DNA of 32,000 nucleotides from Pantoea phage vB_PagS_Vid5. This document shows positions 25,454 through 32,000 of the stretch, piece after piece. The stretch is from sequence record MG948468.1. One strand, written 5' to 3'. The notes beneath the pieces were generated by a model that worked only from the letters and a program-made list of their open reading frames with translations, was not told where the DNA came from and made no database searches. Positions within the stretch are counted from its first letter, which is position 1; every line of letters begins with the position of its first letter. The position numbers were made by a program, and so were the translations under genes.

Positions 25454-26081
25454 TTGCTGCACCTTTCACTTTAGAAGTTAACGATTTCACTACCATGCCG
25501 TAGGCAGGTAACAGGAATACCAGGCTTAAACCCGCTTTGATCACAGTGTCGAATAACGCCATATCTAACCACACTGATGCCAGGAATGGGTCGCTGCTTT
25601 TATAGAATGCTACGGAGAAGAATATTAAGCTGTCGATAAGGTTACCCAGCGTCATGGAAGCTGCTGGTGCAGCCCACCACACACAGCGCTTGCGCAGGCG
25701 GTTAAACACGGCTATGTCGGTAAGCTGACCCACTGCATAGGCTGCAAAGCTAGCGAGCGCTATGCGAAGCACAAGCGGGTTAATTTCGCCCAATGTGGTT
25801 AACCCTTGCCACTGCCCGTTATAAAACAAGCTGGACACGACATAGGATATAAATACCACTGGGATGGATACTTTAAAGATTACGGACCGCGCAGGTTTAT
25901 CACCAAACAAACGGATTGTTAAGTCAGTCGCTAAAAAGATAAACGGAAAGCATAACGCGCCGAAGGTTGTGTGTAGTCCAAAAATGGTTGCGGGGAATTG
26001 CGTCAGGTAGTTGGCTAAAACGATTGTGATAACATGGAAAGAAACAAGGAAAGGCATGTAACGGATAGCGAAAGGTTTCAT
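25443..26081 (-). CDS. yhhQ: Queuosine precursor transporter (YhhQ/VUT family)
   Basis: 212 aa multi-pass membrane protein; 'LVSFHVITIVLANYLTQF', 'GALCFPFIFLATDLTIRLFGDKPAR', 'LGNLIDSLIFFSVAFY'. Confidence 0.85.
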   Translation of the reverse strand: MKPFAIRYMPFLVSFHVITIVLANYLTQFPATIFGLHTTFGALCFPFIFLATDLTIRLFGDKPARSVIFKVSIPVVFISYVVSSLFYNGQWQGLTTLGEINPLVLRIALASFAAYAVGQLTDIAVFNRLRKRCVWWAAPAASMTLGNLIDSLIFFSVAFYKSSDPFLASVWLDMALFDTVIKAGLSLVFLLPAYGMVVKSLTSKVKGAANAA

Positions 26082-26097
26082 AGTGACCTCGGAGTTT

Positions 26098-26121
26098 ACC
26101 GGGGGCGTTATTACCCCCGGT
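26098..26121. other. GC-rich intergenic hairpin upstream of yhhQ
   Basis: ACCGGGGG-(cgttatta)-CCCCCGGT, 8-bp perfect stem without a T-tract in the - direction. Confidence 0.6.
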
Positions 26122-26145
26122 GGTGTGACCGATTAAAGCAGGGTG

Positions 26146-27033
26146 TTACTCAGCGGGTGCAGCAGGTGCAGGTACTGGATCGCTCACTGGTTGACCAGCT
26201 TCAACAGTTTTGCCTGCTGCCGCGACAGAAGCCGCTGCTTCGGCTACTTCTTTAGGCAGTGGGACGCTCACGCGACCTTCGACACCGTTGAATTTCTTCC
26301 AGCGTGCGTATTCGGCGCGAACGTTACCTTCGTTCAGACCGGCAGCTTCAGCAGCCTGGATCACGTAGCTGATCGGTGCAGGCGAACCCAGTTTAGCGGA
26401 AATCGCATCACACAGTTCCCACGCTTTACCGCACAGGGTATCAGGTTTCGGACGACGCACGCCGTTCTGCTCAGGCATCGCGTTCGCTTCGCGCTCAGCG
26501 TCACGCTTAGCTTTGGCGTCAGCTTTTTCCTGCTCTTTCAGCGCTTTCTTATTAGCTTTATCAGCCGCTTTTGCGCCTTCGACTTTGGTTTTCAGACCCT
26601 TCACGTTAGTTTCCAGGTTGTCCACCAGCGTCTGCGAACTTGCGACGGCCTGTTTCAGGTTTTCGTCGTCTTTAACTTTACCAGCGGACTTTTTAATGTC
26701 CTTCAGGATCAGCTTAGCACGCTTAACGGACTCGCCGCCTTCCAGCATTGCTTTCTGGACATCTTCCAGAGTGGAGGTTTCGGTCAGACCGCCGATCAGG
26801 GTATTGGTGCCGTTCACTTCGGTCTGCAGATCGCCGTAACGGGTAGTGACTTCAGTCGTTGCGGTTTGCAGCTTTTGCGCTTGCGCATCGATTTTGTCCT
26901 GCTCTTTACGTGCAGCAGCTTGTGCAGCGGCTTCAGCGGCAGCCTGCTGCTCAGGGGTTGCAACAGGAATGCCTGCAACAGTCTGAGGTTCTTTTTTAGC
27001 GGTAGCTGGTTTGTTTTCTTTCTTGGCAGTCAT
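26146..27033 (-). CDS. Coiled-coil-rich protein of unknown function
   Basis: 295 aa, Ala/Lys/Glu/Gln-rich, RBS GGAG upstream; C-terminal helical module 'GKAWELCDAISAKLGSP...AAEAAGL...EYARWKKFNG'. Confidence 0.75.
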   Translation of the reverse strand: MTAKKENKPATAKKEPQTVAGIPVATPEQQAAAEAAAQAAARKEQDKIDAQAQKLQTATTEVTTRYGDLQTEVNGTNTLIGGLTETSTLEDVQKAMLEGGESVKRAKLILKDIKKSAGKVKDDENLKQAVASSQTLVDNLETNVKGLKTKVEGAKAADKANKKALKEQEKADAKAKRDAEREANAMPEQNGVRRPKPDTLCGKAWELCDAISAKLGSPAPISYVIQAAEAAGLNEGNVRAEYARWKKFNGVEGRVSVPLPKEVAEAAASVAAAGKTVEAGQPVSDPVPAPAAPAE

Positions 27034-27147
27034 TTCACTTCTCCAGTCGGGTTAATTTGCGTAGACAGTTTATCTAACAAGTGTTGCTAAAGTTAGCAGC
27101 ATCTGAGTTGATGTGCAATAGGTTATTTGCTGATAATTAGACAGTGA

Positions 27148-27879
27148 TTAAACAATACCTTTGTTTAGCTGCCACTTACCCAGCTCATTAGAGGAGCTTG
27201 TTTTCTTAATACCCTCAGCCTCAAGTACGTTCATCACTTCTCTGCGTACCTTTAACACAGCAGACTTATCCATTGGTGAACCAGCCGCTAACCACAATTC
27301 GTCTGCTTTGGTCCAAATGGTGTCGCGCACGCTACCTGTACGGGGTGCAGCAGGTTGGCCAGTGTCAGTGCGACGTGTTACCGCTGTTTCCTCCACCGCC
27401 TCAAATGCGGGCTGCACTGGTGGGGCAAAATCGGTTGTAACTTCTCCCGATACAATTGCAGATTCGCGTTCGGGTTTTGCTGGTATTTTGAATCCGTCCC
27501 ATAGGGTCTGTTCTTGAGACGGTACATTTGAGCCAGGGACATACGTGCATCGTCCCTGAAGATCGTTCTCAAGACACCAATCACACTGCTTGCCCACTTC
27601 ATAAGGGCTAAGCTCTGTTTCTGGTATCTCGTTAAGGTAATCCAGGACGACTTTTTGCGCCGCTGCACTGTCATACAGTACCCCCATTTTGTTACCGGTA
27701 AGATTGATATAAAGAAGCTGGAACTCAAGATCCGTTAAGTTCTCAAGCGCGTAAGCTTCCAGCGGCATCACTACCTGCGACTCGCTGCACATAATAACAC
27801 CGAGTTCAGACAGTACTGCAAAGTTAGGATGTTTGGCAATAACCTTCATCCCATCCATATCGATTAGGATGTGTTGCAT
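27148..27879 (-). CDS. Hypothetical protein sharing a C-terminal helical module with the neighbouring 295-aa protein
   Basis: 243 aa; C-terminal 'TIWTKADELWLAAGSPMDKSAVLKVRREVMNVLEAEGI...LGKWQLNKG'. Confidence 0.7.
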   Translation of the reverse strand: MQHILIDMDGMKVIAKHPNFAVLSELGVIMCSESQVVMPLEAYALENLTDLEFQLLYINLTGNKMGVLYDSAAAQKVVLDYLNEIPETELSPYEVGKQCDWCLENDLQGRCTYVPGSNVPSQEQTLWDGFKIPAKPERESAIVSGEVTTDFAPPVQPAFEAVEETAVTRRTDTGQPAAPRTGSVRDTIWTKADELWLAAGSPMDKSAVLKVRREVMNVLEAEGIKKTSSSNELGKWQLNKGIV

Positions 27880-27880
27880 A

Positions 27881-28189
27881 TTAGTAACCCCCAGCGTTCG
27901 GTAAACCGTGGCGAGCTCTCATTTTGTTGATAGTATCACGCACAGCTTCTTTGTTTAACTCACCAGACACATGTTGCACGATTTCGGCACGCTTTTCTTT
28001 GTACGCTTTATAATGTTTAACGAAGTCGGTAGCGTCTTCGTTATGCAGCGTAAGCACAGTACCGTGATTAGTATAAACGACACAGCTCTTCGAATGCATA
28101 CCGACATCATTTACCTGCAAATCAATCCAGCTAATATTATCGAGGTCTATCAGCTTAGTGTGGTTATGGACAATATATTCATAATACAT
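27881..28189 (-). CDS. Hypothetical protein
   Basis: Preferred start ATG at 28189 (MYYEYIVHNHTKL), preceded by AGGAGA; 102 aa. Confidence 0.6.
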   Translation of the reverse strand: MYYEYIVHNHTKLIDLDNISWIDLQVNDVGMHSKSCVVYTNHGTVLTLHNEDATDFVKHYKAYKEKRAEIVQHVSGELNKEAVRDTINKMRARHGLPNAGGY

Positions 28190-28208
28190 GGCGTGTCTCC
28201 TGTTGCTA

Positions 28209-28239
28209 TAAAAAGTTAACGCGCCAACAATAGCGCGTT
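28209..28239 (-). terminator. Probable rho-independent terminator after the helicase gene
   Basis: - strand AACGCGC-(8 nt)-GCGCGTT-AA-CTTTTT, directly downstream of the 28256..30112 stop codon. Confidence 0.6.
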
Positions 28240-28255
28240 TTATATTTAAATGCAA

Positions 28256-30112
28256 TTAAAAAGGTACGTCGGGGTCAGGCAACTTTTGTTTCGGAGGTTC
28301 AGCGATAAAACTAAACCCGCCAGGAGTCTGTTTACTCCCTACACGAGTACCGTCCGCTTTAACGGTCTGTGTTTCGATCTCTATAGCTTGTGGTGGTTCC
28401 TTACCGAACGCGCTACCGTCATAACAGTATGCAGTAATCTCGGGCCACTTGCGGTTAATCCAGACCCTTAAGTGTGTCGGGCGTTTGATCTCGTGCGTTA
28501 TTTCTAACGCCTCGTCCACAGTCGCAGGGAACGGATAAGAACTCCTGTTAACCCACCAGCTCAGCGCCTTACGTAAAGCATAACCCGGTTCATAACCGAT
28601 GCAAACGTAGTCGTAATAGACTCGCGATCCGCAGTAATAAGCAACCTTTAAAGAATTAACCGGTTGGCCAGTTTTCTTATCTATCTTGCTATGCAGGTTA
28701 TATACAACAGTATCCACACGATAAACTTCTTCTACCGGTACGTCTTCCTTCACCAGAGCTTCTTCGCTAGCCATGTGCTTCAACTTACTTTCGAACAGAA
28801 ACTCATAACCACACCAGCCAGCGGGCGGTTTACCCGGTGGTGCAACACCTCCACAGTAACGAACGCTCGCATGGTTGTAACTCTGGCAGCTAGGGCACTC
28901 CTTAACAGGAGCTGTACCTTTCCCTTTACCGCGCTTCTTAGGAATAACAGGGTCGTTGATCTGTCCTAAACGACGCGTATTGCCCCCAAAATCGAGCACC
29001 AGGCAGTTTTGTTTATGGCTTGCACTAATGGCCTCTAAGCGACCCTGCGTCGTGCTAAGGTCGAACCCGTCGGCGTAGCATGGGCGTGTACCGCGACCCA
29101 GGATCTGCACCCATAAGCCCGGTGAAGTCGTAGGACGCAACACAACGATTAAATCCAGCCCAGGGTGATCAAAGCCTGTAGTAAGGACGTTATTGTTTGC
29201 AAGTGCTCTGAGTTCACCTGACTTAAAACGTGACAGAAGTGTGTCTCGTTCTTCATCTGAGATCTTACTATGCACCGCTCCGCACTCAATGCCAAATTCT
29301 GTAAGCATAGCAGCGACATCATTAGTATGATCAACACCAGAGCAAAAGATGAGCCAACTCTGACGCTCCGCACCCAGCTCCATAGCTTCAAGCAAAGCTT
29401 TGCGCGTAAGATTGTCTTTATTGACAGCATTTGCAAGTTCCCCTATTTTTAGTTCCCCGCCAGACATACCAACACCAGATATATCGTACTCGAACGTTGT
29501 GCGCTTCGGTACAGGAGGTAACAGGTAACCTTCCTGAATGAACCAGTTAAACGCTTCGGCCGTTGTCAAGTCGATACAGATATCCGTGAACAGACCACCT
29601 TCCTCCGTGAGCATACCTTGCCCTAATCGGTAACCTGTTGCAGTGAGCCCAACAACTTTAAGATATGGGTTAACTTCCTTAAGCGCTTTGATAAACTTCT
29701 GGTAGTTGGTTTTGTCGTTCGGGGACAACAGGTGCGCTTCATCAATAAGAATAATACTGATGCTACCAAATATCGCAGCCTTTTTAGCAACGGACTGAAT
29801 ACCCGCAAAGGTGATCATGTTAAATGCTTCTTTACGGTTCAGACCTGCACTGTAGATACCGGCAGGAGCCTCCGGCCAGTGCATGTGTAACTTTTCATAG
29901 TTCTGCGAGATCAGTTCTTTAACGTGCGTTAACATCATTACCCGTTGGCCAGGATACCATTCGTATAGCAGTTTAAGGAAACCCGCTATGACAAGTGACT
30001 TCCCGGTCCCGGTAGGTAACAGCACCAAAGGGTTTCCGGAATTTGATTTAAGCTTCTCGAAGTATCGAAATATGCTGTAGACCGACTCTAACTGATAATC
30101 ACGTAGTTGCAT
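28256..30112 (-). CDS. SF2 DEAD/DEAH-box helicase
   Basis: 618 aa; Walker A 'LLPTGTGKS', DEAH 'LIDEAH', 'GLTATG', 'NNNVLTTGFDHPGLDLIVVLRPT', 'QILGRGTR'; zinc-finger-like Cys cluster CPSCQSYNHASVRYCGG...WCG. Confidence 0.92.
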   Translation of the reverse strand: MQLRDYQLESVYSIFRYFEKLKSNSGNPLVLLPTGTGKSLVIAGFLKLLYEWYPGQRVMMLTHVKELISQNYEKLHMHWPEAPAGIYSAGLNRKEAFNMITFAGIQSVAKKAAIFGSISIILIDEAHLLSPNDKTNYQKFIKALKEVNPYLKVVGLTATGYRLGQGMLTEEGGLFTDICIDLTTAEAFNWFIQEGYLLPPVPKRTTFEYDISGVGMSGGELKIGELANAVNKDNLTRKALLEAMELGAERQSWLIFCSGVDHTNDVAAMLTEFGIECGAVHSKISDEERDTLLSRFKSGELRALANNNVLTTGFDHPGLDLIVVLRPTTSPGLWVQILGRGTRPCYADGFDLSTTQGRLEAISASHKQNCLVLDFGGNTRRLGQINDPVIPKKRGKGKGTAPVKECPSCQSYNHASVRYCGGVAPPGKPPAGWCGYEFLFESKLKHMASEEALVKEDVPVEEVYRVDTVVYNLHSKIDKKTGQPVNSLKVAYYCGSRVYYDYVCIGYEPGYALRKALSWWVNRSSYPFPATVDEALEITHEIKRPTHLRVWINRKWPEITAYCYDGSAFGKEPPQAIEIETQTVKADGTRVGSKQTPGGFSFIAEPPKQKLPDPDVPF

Positions 30113-31047
30113 TATTTATCCCCGTAATACCATGCACGGCTATACTGAGGGCACGCCAGTTCTTGTCTTTCCTTATCGATAACGACAGGGTAACTCATAG
30201 GGTCAACACTCTGCCCATATGTACAGTACCATTTACCGTCTTCGTTTGGTTTGGAATATGAGCAGGTTCGGCAGTTGATAACCGGTGCGTAACCGCTATG
30301 ACAGGTTTTATTGTGGTCACACCACTTGCACTTATAGAAAGATCCATCCTCGCTAATACCTTTAGGAGGTTCGTCCATGAATACAATCTTGATACCCCTG
30401 TCGACATACATGTCCGCATACTCAGGTTCAAGGTTTATAATTTCTGCGTACAGTTCATCCGTGTTTTTATTTACAGCGATGTATAAACCAACAGGGATCA
30501 TGTTGAAACGCTTGTACACCTGCATCTGTGTAAAGTGTTCACCTTTACTGATTCGCATCCCTTCTTTGACAAGCTTATCGAATGATTTCTGGTTATGGGT
30601 TTTCATTTCCACAAGACAAGCTTGTCCCGCTGGAAGGTCTGGGCAACCGATAACCACACCATCTATGGCACTACCAAAGTGACCGTTCGCATAACTTACA
30701 CGGAACTGTTTCCCGTTTGCATCCTGCTGGTAAACCTGCATACCCGCCGCCATTAACAGCGCCATAAACCGCGCTTCTTCTAAGTGCCCACGGTTGAACA
30801 GTCTTATCGTTTTAGCGTTGTGGACAGGTTTACTAGCCCACCGCCAGCCGTAGAATAGTTTACGGGTACATTCCTCCCCGATCATGCTTACGCCGAGGTG
30901 TGAACGGAATCCACCCTCGTCTGTTCTGTAAGCATCATCCATTGTCGGAATCACTTTACCTAATATACCCCTGTAAGCAGAACCCTGATCCCTTTCAAGG
31001 GCATCGTTTATCGCTTCCAGTGTCTTTGTCGCAAGCCGCACACCCAT
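30112..31047 (-). CDS. PD-(D/E)XK (RecB/Cas4-like) nuclease
   Basis: 311 aa; 'FGSAIDGVVIG...ACLVEMKTHN' matches the D...ExK core, then C-rich C-terminus 'YKCKWCDHNKTCHSGYAPVINCRTC'. Confidence 0.75.
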   Translation of the reverse strand: MGVRLATKTLEAINDALERDQGSAYRGILGKVIPTMDDAYRTDEGGFRSHLGVSMIGEECTRKLFYGWRWASKPVHNAKTIRLFNRGHLEEARFMALLMAAGMQVYQQDANGKQFRVSYANGHFGSAIDGVVIGCPDLPAGQACLVEMKTHNQKSFDKLVKEGMRISKGEHFTQMQVYKRFNMIPVGLYIAVNKNTDELYAEIINLEPEYADMYVDRGIKIVFMDEPPKGISEDGSFYKCKWCDHNKTCHSGYAPVINCRTCSYSKPNEDGKWYCTYGQSVDPMSYPVVIDKERQELACPQYSRAWYYGDK

Positions 31048-31060
31048 AATGTCTCCTTAG

Positions 31061-31088
31061 AAAAATATAGCGCCCTTAGGCGCTATAT
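31061..31088 (-). terminator. Rho-independent terminator upstream of the nuclease gene
   Basis: - strand ATATAGCGCC-TAAG-GGCGCTATAT followed by TTTT. Confidence 0.8.
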
Positions 31089-31503
31089 GGGTTACCGATG
31101 TAACATTCAGCTTACTGCTGAGCGGCTGGTGCTGCTGCCTGCATCCAAGGCGGTGTAGCTGCCTGGGCTGGGTGTGCCGGTTCCTGTGGCGCTGCCTGCT
31201 GCTGTGGTACTGCCTGCTGTACAGCAGGCAGTACCACAGCAGCAGGCAGCGCCACAGGAACCGGGCAGGCAGCAGCACCCTTGGATGCAGGCAGCAGCAC
31301 CAGCCGCTCAGCAGTAAGCTGAATGTTACATCGGTAACCCATATAGCGCCCTTAGGCGCTATATGGGTTACCGATGTAACATTCAGCTTACTGCTGAGCG
31401 GCTGGTGCTGCTGCCTGCATCCAAGGCGGTGTAGCTGCCTGGGCTGGGTGTGCCGGTTCCTGTGGCGCTGCCTGCTGCTGTGGTACTGCCTGCTGTACAG
31501 CAG
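31065..31503. repeat. Direct-inverted-direct rearrangement (163-bp direct repeats flanking an inverted copy)
   Basis: 31065-31227 is identical to 31341-31503 (offset 276). 31221-31350 is the reverse complement of 31079-31220 minus 12 bp and a few substitutions. Confidence 0.95.
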
Positions 31504-32000
31504 CGGATGGATCAATTACCTGCTGCGCCCACGGTTGTGCGATAGGCTGCTGTGGCTGCTGTTGCACTTCCTGTGGCTGCTGTACCGGTGCAGGTTGCTG
31601 TGCCACCTGTGGGGCTTGCTGCTGTACTGGTTGCTGCTGAGGTTGCTGGTATACAGGCTGCTGCTCGATAGGCGCCTGCTGTTGCACAGGTGCGGCCCAC
31701 GGCTGCTGGACAGGCGCTTGCTGCTCAACCGGTGCTTGTGGCTGGATCGGTTGCTGTACCGGAGCCTGCTGCACTGGTGCTTGAACTGGCGCTTGCTGCT
31801 GTGGAGCAGGCTGCTGTGGTGCTGCCCAAGGTTGAGCAGGTGCCTGCTGCTGGATCGGAGCAACAGGTGGAGTGAACGGTGCTGGGGCACCTGCACCTGG
31901 CGCACCGAACGCTGGAGCTGCGGCAGCACCTGCGCCATAAGCTTCATCGCACAGTTTGATGTTTTCGGTAACAGGTTTGAAACCGTTCACGTCGTTAGAT
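31388..32000 (-). CDS. C-terminal part of a Gln/Pro/Ala-rich protein, 5' end beyond the window
   Basis: Frame stays open past the GTG at 31990 to the right edge (...SNDVNGFKPVTENIKLCDEAYGAG...). The remainder is QQAPVQQP-type low complexity. Stop TAA at 31388-31390. Confidence 0.75.
   Translation of the reverse strand, partial: SNDVNGFKPVTENIKLCDEAYGAGAAAAPAFGAPGAGAPAPFTPPVAPIQQQAPAQPWAAPQQPAPQQQAPVQAPVQQAPVQQPIQPQAPVEQQAPVQQPWAAPVQQQAPIEQQPVYQQPQQQPVQQQAPQVAQQPAPVQQPQEVQQQPQQPIAQPWAQQVIDPSAAVQQAVPQQQAAPQEPAHPAQAATPPWMQAAAPAAQQ

Noticed and set aside
26143-27090. 315-aa + strand ORF opposite the coiled-coil gene
   Set aside because: Composition (Phe/Cys/Leu-rich) is what an Ala/Lys/Glu-rich gene gives on the opposite strand; the - strand ORF has the RBS.
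27060-27120. TGCTAAAGTTAGCA palindrome and weak TTGCAC/TAACTT pair upstream of the 295-aa gene as promoter/operator
   Set aside because: The hexamers match sigma-70 consensus at only about half the positions; too weak to claim.
31065-31503. Interpretation as a CRISPR array or transposon ends
   Set aside because: Only two direct copies plus one inverted copy of gene-derived sequence, with no regular spacers, transposase or target-site duplication.
31057-31515. 152-aa - strand ORF and 76-aa ORF (31112..31342)
   Set aside because: Both arise only from reading through the duplicated and inverted copies of the Gln/Pro-rich gene end; their repeated peptides are a by-product of the rearrangement, not evidence for real genes.
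1-32000. Search for tRNA or rRNA genes
   Set aside because: No convincing tRNA or rRNA feature was spotted by eye. tRNAscan-SE would be needed to exclude them fully.

Overview
The window reads as part of a tailed (siphovirus-type) phage genome that strongly resembles the 9g/Nonagvirus (Queuovirinae) group of enterobacterial phages. That placement comes from recognised protein features and synteny; no database search was run. The left arm (1-15858, + strand) holds the neck and tail morphogenesis genes: a beta-helix protein open at the left edge, head-tail connectors, tail terminator, tail tube, two tail-assembly chaperone ORFs joined by a clear -1 slippery site (T TTT TTC), tape measure, distal tail genes, a gpJ-like hub, a candidate receptor-binding protein and a side tail fibre. 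A lipoprotein gene on the - strand (14278-14514) interrupts this arm. The right arm (15885-32000, - strand) holds small envelope proteins, a family-B DNA polymerase, a DnaN-like sliding clamp, a DpdA-like transglycosylase, a full 7-deazaguanine pathway (FolE, QueD, QueE, GAT-QueC fusion) with a YhhQ-type precursor transporter, an SF2 helicase, a PD-(D/E)XK nuclease and the end of a Gln/Pro-rich protein. The GAT-QueC fusion plus DpdA predicts archaeosine-type (dG+) modification of the phage DNA. Most notable non-coding or structural observations: (i) a 163-bp direct / inverted / direct rearrangement at 31065-31503, with an 88-bp zero-spacer perfect palindrome and a 70-bp perfect inverted repeat; (ii) a 30-bp tandem duplication covering the converging 3' ends of two genes at 14235-14299; (iii) a stop/start junction where ATGA appears to have become ATAA at 16386-16389; (iv) a small Tat-leader protein whose tail resembles the gpJ C-terminus.
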